Of a DNA stretch of 64,000 nt, positions 30,001 to 42,592 are shown piece by piece. The translations under genes were made by a program, and so were the position numbers. The number at the start of each line of letters is the position of its first letter. The first letter of the stretch is position 1. Origin of the DNA: Tubiluchus corallicola (lineage: Eukaryota; Animalia; Priapulida); assembly GCA_030141605.1 (NCBI GenBank), contig JAQGDQ010000042.1, positions 248,001-312,000 of the forward strand. Reading direction: 5' to 3'. The notes under the pieces are model-generated. The model did not search any database. It was given only the letters and a program-made list of their open reading frames with translations, and had not been told where the DNA came from.

Positions 30001-33000
30001 ATCATTCAGAAACACTATCTATACATAGAAGCAATCAAAAAATTTAGCATCGTTTAAGCATATATGTAACTTGCAAACAAGCTGTATCTGGATTGCCAGT
30101 AATAGGCCAGCTATAACTAGTACATTTTCTCATATCCAACCAGTGAATTAACACATTACCATATTTTGCAAATATAGAAAAACAGAAAACCTGACAAAGA
30201 TTTGGTAGCTGGAAATAAACTGCCACCTGCATTAGAGAATCGTATTCCAGAAGAATGGTTCGGGAGACCTGTAGAAGAAATAGACGAATACTATTCTGCA
30301 GAATATGTAAGTGTCATGCAATTATATATATATATATATATATACATTTTTGTACCAATATTTTTAATATTACGCGTGTATTAATTATTGGCAGGTTTTG
30401 AAAAAAGTACAAGTTGAGCATAATTATACAATTTATATCTGTGTCAGTTTTTAACAGGTACATCTTAAATTTTTCTAATTGCTTCTAAAACTTGGTTTGT
30501 TTATTTTTTTCATTTTTACAGACATTTGTTGTGATAAACAAGGACAAAGCCATATTCAGGTTCAGTGCCAGTGAAGCGCTTTTTCTTCTTGGTCCTTTAA
30601 ATCTCTTACGAAGGGCTGCCATTTGTGTTCTAGTCCATCCATATCCTTTTTATTTTTATTGCTAATTTGTAATTATTAGTTTGTTATATTAGTTCAACTT
30701 TGTTGTGCATGATTTTGAAATGTAAAATTACTTCAATGAAGAGTTAAAGTACTTTGTTCCCTATTCTCCTATGCAAAAAAATGGGAGTCATTAGTCTTTG
30801 AGTCGATGTCGACGTAAAAATGGAAGCAGTTTACAACTGCAAGCAGTTAGAACACATAAGCAGTTGGATTATGTACAGTCAACTGGGGAACAAGTTTTTA
30901 TGAAACAGTTGGTGACCTTGCTTGAAGAAGAATAGCCTGTGCTTAATGCTTAGGTTCAGCTAGTACAACACCTAAATTCGTGATCTCGGGACACAAAATG
31001 GCTAACCTAATGCTCGACCACGTGATTAGATACTAAATTACGGCTGGCTAGACCTAGGAAAGAAGCCAGTCAGTACTGTTTGAGTGCCATGTACCTCAAA
31101 ATATCCTAACAGAAGTGGGATTCGAACTCAGAACCTCAAGTTACTCAGCCAACGTGGTTTTATCTTTGATTGGGTCAAATATCAATTACAAGTAAGTTCA
31201 AAGTCAAAATTGAAAGGTACATATCAACTGTAAAGAGGTGGTAACCAAACTTGGTTTAGCATCAGATGTGGGCAGCTTTTATGAATTATTTGCAGTAATC
31301 AGTGATTTTGAATGGATTTTCAAGGACAAAGGTTGATTGCAACTTGAAAACTCTAGAGAGGTGAACAAGCAGGTTAGGTAGCGTTAGTACAATAATACTA
31401 GACTGAAACCAAATCATAGCTGGGTAGTTGAAATAGTGATGTTGAGTACCCAGGTGGCCAGAGGGTATTAGGTCAGATACAACTCACAAATTATAAGAAG
31501 TTAGGTAAGCAAAACTGTTAAATTTTAGCACAGCATCAGACTGCAACTGGTAACAAGTTAGTTGGTCAGTTAGTCAACAAACTGTGAAGAATAGACAACC
31601 TAGGAACCAAATCGGGAAACTGCTTAAGGGAGCTGGTGGAAAGATGCTATCTCAAGTCACAATATTGTATTTCGTTTGGTTGTGTTGTTTCATTGAGGTC
31701 CAAGACCACTCCACTTGCTAGTTGTGGAAATGTAACGGAAACATTTCTTAATACATTTTCCTTGTGGTTAATAATATACCTTTTTAATAGTTAACATGTA
31801 ACAAACCTTCTGGCACAATGCACTGAGAACATATGGAACAGATACTCAGAATGTTTGTTTATAAAAATTATTCAAAACATACATGTATATTTTTTGTTAA
31901 AAATATCAAAAGAGATCCCTTTTCTATTACCGTTGCCTTTTGACATGCTTGACATTTAGCACTTTCAATGCCTATTACAATTTCATTTATCATAAAAAGT
32001 AAACAGCTTTTATTAAAAGCTGTAAGATATAAAATGTTAAAAGGTATGTCACATTCTTTCGGCTGCAGCCTACAGTCATCTTCAGTGATAGATTACACAA
32101 ACAAACAACTAGTTTTATGTAGGAAGAGCCTACGGTAGAGAAATTCAGTAATTATGTATTGACAATGAAGCCAAATATGCAGTGAATTAACAGACCTATA
32201 GAAGAGAAAGAAATACAGTAAAAGTATAGCTAGGTGTTTGTAAACAAAGTTTAGGGAATTTAACTACCTTGGGCATTTAGAGAAGGCTTGTTAGGGTACA
32301 TAGATAAACTGTTTTTAATTAATAGATCCCAGTTATATGTAGCTGATTTGTTGTTAATTTCATTTATGAAAAATAATTTTGGTAAAATATCTTTCACTAT
32401 ATATTTCTTTCCAAGGTTAAGAATTTAAAGCTAAATTATTACATTGCCGTTTCTCGATATCGCGACTAATACAAGTTAGCTGAATTTTCCAATTCGTTGT
32501 CTATTTAATGGCAAAGCTCTCGTCGTCTCAAATAAATCTTGATGTAACACCTGCTCTCTACAGATATTACCTTGTGAACATTGCAAGGGCATTCAGTCAG
32601 CACAGAACTTGAGCTGATTTAAGGGCAGCATAGCTTGGTAAACTGACTTAAAAAGCTCAATACTTTTATTAGTGAGAACTTTCACTGTCTCAATTAGCTG
32701 TGTGTCTGTCTATCTGCATGCCTGCTTTTACTGAGTTGTAAAGGAATATGCAATGAATTATTCGTTTAATTGAGTGCTTTAGATGAATCCATATTTAGCT
32801 GTATGTAAACTCTATACAGCAAGAGTAAGTGTGACACTCTAGTGTTTTGTGTAGCTTTTAGGTTGATCATTTGGTTTTAAGTTAATTATAATTTTGTTTA
32901 GTGTCTCCGAAATAGGAAATAGAAAATATTTTCGGTGGAGAATGGTAAATCCAGGTATTTTTGTCTAGTTGAAAACTAAACCGGTCTACAATCATTTGTG

Positions 33001-36000
33001 TTGCATAGTTGGTATGCTTACTCTAATCTTCTAATTTTTTTTTCGTAATCATATTCTACATTGACTAAATAATTCTGATCTTCTTGATATTAGTTCATGC
33101 TATTTTGTAAGCAGTACTGATGTAAATAAACCTGTTTAATTAGTATACTAGCACTCGAAGCATACTGAAATAGTTAAATGTGTTCACGAGATGCATCATT
33201 TGTTATAGCCAGTTGAAATTATTAGTGTATTTTCAAATGATCTGAATTTTGGGTGTGTCAAATTTGCCTGAACTTGTAATGCAATTAAGATGTTTACTGC
33301 AAGTTTATTGATTTTCTTTAACCTCGACTTTACATTGTTTAGTTTAATCATCATGATTACAATTCTAGTCAATTGCATATTTATGACGTTACAGTCTACA
33401 CCAGAATCAGCTGAGTAAGTATTTTATTTCTTATATTTTTAATCAGTCTAGAAAAATCAGTCTTTCACCAGCTATTTTATTTGCATTTACACCATCAAAA
33501 AGACTTACAAGCATTAATCAGCAAATATGGTTAGCATAAACCAGAAGTAGGGATGTTAGCAATAACGATACGTATCGATAATTATGGAATATCGTATCGA
33601 TATGAAAACTTTGTTTTTATCATTATCGTGTCGATATTATTCTAAGAATATAGTTATCGTATTGAATTTGGCACATATTGTTGCTTATCGCCAATTGCTT
33701 TACTTTTTTTTTCTATTTATTGGTGGATAAAAGTGGATAAAAGAATTATTTCAAATTATGAGCTTGTTAGATGCCGAATCAGTTTCTTGTATTTTTGCCT
33801 TTCAGTAACGGCTACCTTTATTCTGAATCATAATGACAAAGTATAGAGATCCTTTTATACACTTTGATACTGACTTCGCATAGATTAATATTTTTATAGC
33901 AGTAATATGTTTATCTGTCGCAGCTTACTTATTTATGAATCATTATGACAAACAAACGTGTGTTTCATAGCTAGCAGCCATTTAAGTATACAGCACTAAA
34001 TGCACTGAAGCACTTAATAATTTTATTTATTAATGATACATTTTCTGTTGTTGAAGAAGTTGTCTAACTTCAGTATCGTTTTTATCATTCGAAATAGTTT
34101 ATCCTTTTTGTATAGTTGGAAGAAAGTATCGTATCGTATCGTTATTTTATCGCCAAATGTGTATCGTTTAACATCCCTACCAGAAGAAAAAATTTATAAT
34201 ATCTGAGATGAAGAACATTAGTAATCAGCAGCTTTTCTACCTTCTTCTTCTCTTCTAAAGTCGAATGTAGAGACATCTCACAAAAATGCACAGACATAAA
34301 AGTGAACATTAAAACGTGAACACCAACAAACGTAACCAGAATAACTAGGAGTACGAAAATAGAAAAAGTAGAGCAACTGATCAACTAATCTCAACACTAG
34401 GTTTTTGTGATTATTCTCATTGCATAGACTATAAAAAGTATTTGACAGAAAGAAACTAAGGATTAATCGTTAAATATCTCATCTTGTGTTTCAAAAACCC
34501 CAGGGCCAGGGCCAGATTATCCTAATAGCCATAGGCTAATATAGGCTGCAGGCTAGGGCTCTTTAAGCTTAGGAGGCCCTCGACTTTGGTAACATGCATT
34601 AAAAAATGTTTTTTCGTGTGTTAATTTGGTTTACAATAAATAGTAAAATAGTGGTATTTTTTAAAGAATATTTTTATTGACATTTGCAGTAAGTTTACTA
34701 CAAGCTATGTAAGTGTCGCTAAATTATATCACAAGTAAAAAATATTCAAGACGGGTGCTGGCAGCTCAAAAGGGTGGCTCCATCTGAAGGATCCCATAAT
34801 TTCATTAGCCTTGGGCCTCAAAAGGTCATAATCCAGCCAACCCTGCCCAAGGCTTTCATTTAAATGTATTTGGTTATATATACTTAAATGCAACACTTTA
34901 TTATTTTAGTTTTGTAGTTATAGATGTTTCCTGTGACTACCTTTCACAATTGCATTTGTAATTATGTTATTTTTGTATACATCATATATATATATATATG
35001 TCCTACTGTAAAAATAATTGGTGTTCTAATTTTATTATGATGATGCAAATTTCCCACTAAATAAGTGAAGCTTTTTCATTTTATTTTTTGTCATTTCTAG
35101 ATATGTTTTCACTGGGATCTACACATTTGAAATGGTAGTGAAACTTTTATCCAGGGGCTTTATAATGACTCATTTCACATATCTACGTGATGCATGGAAC
35201 TGGTTAGATTTTGGTGTTATATCATTAGCGTAAGTACTTTGAATTATTATTTTTGTAAATCGTTATTTTCTATTTACTTTAATATAAATTTTTCAGTTTG
35301 AAGAAATTTGCTGTTAAATTTGAAATGTCGAATTTATTTGTTTACACATAAGTATGCAGCTGGTAAGTATACTGTTGTGTAAATTAAAAAAATATTAGCC
35401 TTTTTTGAAACTTTATTGCTTTAAGTTTTTTCTTATCTTTTTTCAGTTATCTAACACTAGTAGTGTCAAATTTAGGAAATTTAACTGCTTTGCGAACGTT
35501 TCGAGTTCTACGGGCACTTAAAACTGTAGCAGTATTACCTGGTAAGTGATTACCCAAAAATTGGGACTTAGAATTTATGTTTTCCCACTAACTATATTAA
35601 TACATTCCTAGTGATAAGGTACTTGTAAATGAAGTGATATAACAGTCATATGAAGTAATAAAATAAGTGTACATTACGAATGATATTAGCAAATATCACA
35701 CTGGAAAATATTTCATCTAGGTAAGGTAATGGTATTATGATTTTGTGTCACTGTGTGACCCATTTTTTGGCATCGCCTAATTTTAAAACTACAAATAATG
35801 AGTGTAGCTAGTTTGTTTAGATAAGTTGTATTGGAAAACTTGAAACTAATAGCTTGACACTATAAGAACTATAACAATATGCAAATTCATATAAAGAAGA
35901 AACAAAGCATAAAAAAATTAAAGATTTAAAAAGGGAATAATAAATAAGAAAAATCATGCATAGGTTTTTGAGCAGCAAAGTGCATATATTACATTAAGTA

Positions 36001-39000
36001 TTACATTATATTACAAAGTGCATTAAGCATATACATCAACATTCTCAATTTAGAGTGAAAAAGCAAATTAAATATCTTACTGATAGTTTTCTAATTATTA
36101 GGTGTCCTTGAAGAAATTACACATTGTGTTGTTATTGGCTCAGTTAAAAGATGCCCAGGCCGTGCTTGTTTGAAGCATTTGGCTGTTTTCTAACTGTTCA
36201 GCACTGTTATTGATCTGCGACTAAATGCCGAGCGAATCCAGAATCATTCGACGTAACAACGAATATCGGCAGAGTAACAATTCTGAAATGTTGATCTACT
36301 GATGTGGTGACATCCGAGTCACTGAGTTAAAAATTTGTCATTGCTTCTAGTGAATAATTTCAATTTGTGTAAACGGGAACGTCTCATTTCCCGTGATTAA
36401 GTACTGCCTGCATCTGCCCTTTGTGATGGATTACGAAGATTAAAGGAAAAAAGCTACGCATTTTATCAACCACAGCTATTATGCTGTTTTGCAGTTTTGC
36501 ATTTATAAATTTCATTTTTGCAGTATTCTGTCACTCTCAAAGATAATGACAAAGATTCATCTGCATTTTTCTTTCTTTTGATGCTGTTTTTGTAAAGCTT
36601 TGATTTTTCTGTTGTATATGTTTGCCAGATTTCAATTCTATTAATGAAGTTTTATAAACATGGTCATTTAAGATATGATTCTGCATGATAACATATCCCT
36701 TTTATAGGGTGTTTTAAAAGTCCTTCATTATTTTTAAAAATTTATTAAAAATTACTAGCAAACAGCCTTTTCACAGTTACACTGACTGAAGTTGATCATA
36801 AAAAGGCTTAGTGAGCCTAACAACGTTATCTGAACCAACATCGCATTTGTTTACACTTGACATTGCCTTGCAGGCCCTGCTGTTGTAATAGTAACAGTTT
36901 CTGGCATTAATTTTTGCTTAAATTAATTCATTTTACTTGGATTGCTGCTAGTGCTAAATGTTTTCGAATACGAATAACATATTAGTGTTAAAACTATAAA
37001 CTTGTAGTATGATAAAATGGCCACGTGTGTCACCCGTTTCACCTAAAGTAGTTACGTACATAAGGTCATGTGACTATTGTAGTTAAGTAAGATGCACTTG
37101 CACATAGCTAAACCCATGAAAAGGCTTATTACAACGGGGCAAATGACAATGATGGCTGAGATTCGCGCGAACTTTAGTGACGTCAAATTTGCTTATCTAT
37201 ATACAGCTGTGCAACAATTTTACACCACTGCTGTAGAGTCAGCATAGTAGCAAAAGAAAACAGCACAAAACTTCAAATGTAGATAAAAAAATTCTCAATT
37301 ATTGCATAAGAGTTACTCGTAGATGAACGTAACTGGTTGATTAGCTGAATTAATGAGATAGTTATAATATATTTATCAATACTTATTATTTATGTGTCTG
37401 AACAAATTAAATGTTAAATTATATATTCAAATATATCAAGTATCAAATGTAAGACATACTTTTTTCATTAATTATACAAGTTCCACTTAACAGCAGTGTT
37501 TACGTAAATTTATACTGACAACAGGAGGCACTAGAAGCAGAGGGGCAGCAGAAGCAGCCATTCGTACCCTGCTGGAATGGTGACTTAAAGTGCCCTAAAA
37601 ATAGCTGTTAAAAATATAGGCTAAACCATAGTGAGAAATATAAGCGGCACTAATAGTAATGAATAATGATAATTATTATCCAAAAGTATTTTTTTAGTTT
37701 TGTGAGCATTATTATTTTAGTACCACAAGATACATGATGTCCATAATTATGTTCATGTTGGTAACTGCTGCAACAAACAGCTCTTTCCTGGAAAGTCATG
37801 ATTTGTCATTTCTCAATAGGTTTGACCTCTTTGTTGCTATTCAATGACGCTGCTTCTGCCCCCTAAATTTATTTCTAGCATTCTTCAGCTTTTACCTAAC
37901 TGTACTAAACCATGTGCATCAGTGATAATTGAAATTAGTGTTTATAAAAATTTATTATAATCCCCAAACACTACTATTACTATTTCTATTCTCTTTCTTT
38001 TATTAGGCCTTAAAACAATCGTTGGTGCTTTACTGGAATCTGTGAAGAGGTTAAGAGATGTCATAATTCTTACACTGTTTGTGCTTTCTGTATTTGCCTT
38101 GATTGGTCTTCAAATATACATGGGTACTCTCAGGCAAAAGTGTGTGCTCATCGCTAGTGAAGAGGATGGTGGCGGGCCTAACATGACAACTGAGGAGTAT
38201 AACAGTTGGATTTTCGACCAAAGTAAGTATAGCTAGGGACGTTACATGATACAAATTTTGTGATATGGTACGATACTTTTTTCCAACAATACGATAATGA
38301 TAAACTATTTTTAGACGATACGATACGATAAATTATTTCAAGCGATAAAATGATACTGAAGTTAGGTAATTTATGCAACAACAGAAAAATGTATTATTAT
38401 TCATTAAAATTATTAAGTGGTTCAGTGCATTCAGTGCTGTATACTTTATGGTTGCTAGTTTATGAAACAAGTTTGTTTGTCGCAATGATTCATAAATAAG
38501 TAAGCTGCGACAGATAAATATGTTTCTGCGATAAAAATGTTTATCTATGCAAGCTGCACATGACCAGGAAAGCGACACTAAAAATACGCTATGGTGCATT
38601 TTATATCCGCGCGTCAATATCAGAGTATACCAAGGGGTCGCTATACTTTGTCGCTATAACTCGAAAGCGAAAGTACAAGAAAATGATTCGGCATCTGACA
38701 AGTTTATAATTTTAAATAATTATTTTTATCCACGTCTTCGCGTAATTACTGTAAATTAATAGAAAAAAAAGTGAAGCAATTTTATAAAGATGAGCGATAC
38801 GCAATGATACGTGCCAAATTCAATACCATAATGATATTCCCAGAATATTATTGACATGATAACGGTAAAAACAAGTTTTTCATATCGATACGATAATTAG
38901 TGATGCATATCGTTATCATTAACATCTCTAAGTGTAACTACTTATTTTGAGTACGTTTGTGTTAGTGAGTAGCCTCGTACACAACCAACTGTAAAAAAAG

Positions 39001-42000
39001 TTAATGCAGAAATAAAATTAGTGTTAAATGAGCATGCTAATTAAAAACATCGACTTCTTTATAAAATGTTTGCCCTTAAAACGCCATAGCTAAAATTTAG
39101 CAGACTAAATCATATGTGGCGGCCAACTACTTATCTTGCAATCTTTGTGAGACATAGTGAATTTTGGCAAATAACACTATTTCACTAATGTTTCTTATTT
39201 TGCATGCCAATATTTTGTTTAACAGAAAGGCACATGAAGTAACACACTGATTGTGTTTGTTTGTTTTTAATACCTTAAACTGTTAACATATGTATGTAAA
39301 AGCACATGCGATTAAAGTTGACTAATAGTTAGTTAGTAGCAGAGTTTTGTAATACTTCAGCCTTTTTACTTTTTTTGTTATACACCTAAGGTTTTCTGTT
39401 TGCAGCACACTGGTACAGTCCAACAGGAGATAACCTCACATTCCTCGTATGTGGAAACGGCTCTGCTGGGTAAGACTTGATTCTATAATAATTAACCTGC
39501 AGTGCAATATTAATGTGTTTACCACCTAGTTCATTTTAGTTGTAAAGCCTATGCTTTTTAAAAGTAAAAAATTCAATTATACTCAACAGTAAACTGTTTG
39601 AGTTTGCTTCAATGAATCTCTGTAATAGAAGTGTGCTTGCTACAGAGACTGGCTAAGTTGGCTTGGACAAGCAATTTTAGCCTACAGTTTACAATTTCCT
39701 CACGTACAAAAAATTAGTTTGCAAAGTCGATTAGGATTAGAATTGGGGTTAGGATTGGTGTTAGGGTTAGAGTATTTAAATTGTGCGGGGAATTGTAAAG
39801 TCATTCCCAAATTTAAATTTTGAAGTAGCCGTGCATTGTATTTAATTTGCTAGTAGATTACTAAAAAAGTTCTTTATGATGAGAAACTGATGATTTATCC
39901 TTTCCTCATTTATGACTCATCATTATGAACTTCAAGAATTAAAAAGTTACATCTGTTTTATTTTCTAGGCAATGTCCAGACAGTTATATGTGCTTGGAGA
40001 ATATTGGCGATAATCCCAATTTTGGTTACACAAGCTTTGATAACTTTTATTATGCACTTCTTTCTGCCTTTCGTTTAATGACTCAGGATTATTGGGAGAA
40101 TCTTTACCAACTGGTACGTACATTTTTGGGCATATTAAGTTCCTCGTGGTTTATCGTGTTGCCAATATTGTCATAATAGGTACTGTGTATTGAAATTTGG
40201 TAACGTATAAGTATGAGAATAGGAAGATTTTTTTATTACTTATTATTATTTCACATTTATATCAGTACGTGACAAGTACCATAGAACAGTAAATAACACT
40301 GAATTAAAAATCACTATTTAGCAATACTACAAGACAAATAAAATAAATATTTGCACAAAGAACAGAGGATTAGTAAGATAAAAATGTAAAAAAAGGATAG
40401 TAAGTCTATATTCCGAATGGGTTATAATGACATCAGTATTAAGAGAAAAACTGCATATTACTTTATTGTTTGAATTTAGAACCTGCTATTGAAGGCTAAA
40501 AGTATTTTTACATAAAATCACTTTAAAATGATTACAGCTATTCTATGCACATATTCTTGATGCTGTTGTGTCCTACAGTAAGCTACAAATTTCGTCAGTG
40601 CAAAATAGTAGGCCACTTTTAATGTTCTAATAATACCAAGATTACTGTACCAAGAGTATGTTCTTTGATTGAGCTTTTTTCCATTTTATTTTATTTGATT
40701 TTATTTTAATCATCTTCTGTTATTCTTTAAATTACCACCACATGGCTCAGGTGTTTACTAACATTGATTACAAGTACTAATAATTTTCCGTTCAGATACT
40801 GCGTGCCAATGGTCCAATACACATTGTCTTCTTTCTAATGGTTATCTTCCTTGGTTCTTACTATCTTGTCAACCTGATTTTGGCTGTTGTTGCCATGTCA
40901 TATGATGAGCAACAGAAACAAGATCAAGCTGATGCAGAAGAAGCTGCCTTTCAAAGACAGGTAATTAGTTCATTTATTGATTGCTTAATTGGTTTTGGAC
41001 TCTTGAATTGTGTAAATACAGTTTTAACTTGCAGATGTTTTGAGTGATTGTTTTCATTATTGCTCATGCATTGATTTGTGAGTTTTCAAATGTCTTACAT
41101 TTTCTAGTCATATACTTCTTTTTTCTTTATCACATTTTTCAACTTTTTTCAAGCACATCAAACTTATATTGCTTTCAACATTTACTTTTTTTCATCATTT
41201 TGCTTTATACCTAGGAAGTTGCGGTAAGGTAACCAAGTTGGGATCATACAAACAACCATTCTCGATCTATTCCCACTTTATAGCTGAATTTAAACATTGT
41301 ATAGATTAGCTCTTGTGTGTAGTGAGGAACCGTGAATATAGCTGCATGTGGCTGTATAAACTGTAACGTGGTAGAGCATGTAAGCTATGGTAATTCACAA
41401 TTTCGCAATCCCAACTATTAAGCTCTGCTCTAGTAACATCTAAATGAATTCCCTGACACTTTTTCTTCTTTCTACTTATCTGTTTTCTCTCTTGTTAAGT
41501 GACAAGTAGTAGGTAGTTACTGTAGCAGCTGCTAGTAATGCAATGCTTTTAAAGAGTTAGTCAGCATGCCATATTGGCATGTAAGTGTTCAAGGTATTAC
41601 ATGGTAATTAAATGTGATTCACACTCATCTCTAGAGCTATTAGAAATAACATTTTGTGGAAAAGATGTACAATTTGTGTGTTTCGACATCTTACGTAAAA
41701 GACAACATTTGTCAAGTTTCAGCTTTATTATGTTCACAGTTATTGCATTTTCTTGCTCTTATTAATGCTTGTGATCTGTTACACAATCTTAAACGTCCTC
41801 ATGTTCATATTTTTGCAACATGCCAAAAGCAAACAGTTTCTAATACAAGCAGCTATAACTGTGCAAAGAAATTAAAAAAACTAAATAAAATAAAATTTTG
41901 TTTCTTTTCTGAATCGTCTTGTTCCGTACTGAATTTTGGTTGTTTCAGTTGTAATGTGAATTCATAAAAAGGTGAAAAGGTGCATAAGAGATTCGTTAAC

Positions 42001-42560
42001 CTACATCACTTAGCTGTTGCACTACTATTATATTTCACCTCGCAGGAAGAGGAGGACAGGAGACAGAGAGAAGAGGATGCCAAACACGAACAAGAGAAGC
42101 ATGAGCCATCTGTTAAGAAATCTCCGTCGGACTTCTCGTATGGGAGTTATGACTTGTTCGTTGGTCAAGATGGTCAGAAGTCAGGTGGTGATCCGGAGGA
42201 GAGGAAAGACAAGGCCAGTGTCAGCAATAAATCGCAAGACAATGAGTCTGGTGATAAGCTCAGCATCACTCAACAACCCAATGGTGCTGGTCGCAAGGTA
42301 AGATGCTGCATATCAGTGCAGTCGTAACAAAAATTTAATTGTGCCTTAACCAAACCATGATATTTTCAATCAGTTATCCAGTCAGATGTCGGGGAGTTTA
42401 AAAACTGTTACTCACACACACACACACACATATGTGTGTGTGTGAGTAACAGTTTTGTTATATATGTTTGATAAAATTTTTATATGTTTGAAAAATTCAT
42501 TAGTTGGATCATTTTGCTACAAAATAAATGCTGATGTGCACACATATACATGTGTGTGTG

Positions 42561-42592
<32 letters not shown>

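Noticed and set aside
35542-38006. Second copy of the DI S3-S4 exon (like vertebrate 5A/5N)
   Set aside because: No second [11 protein letters not shown]-coding segment was seen in the flanking introns.
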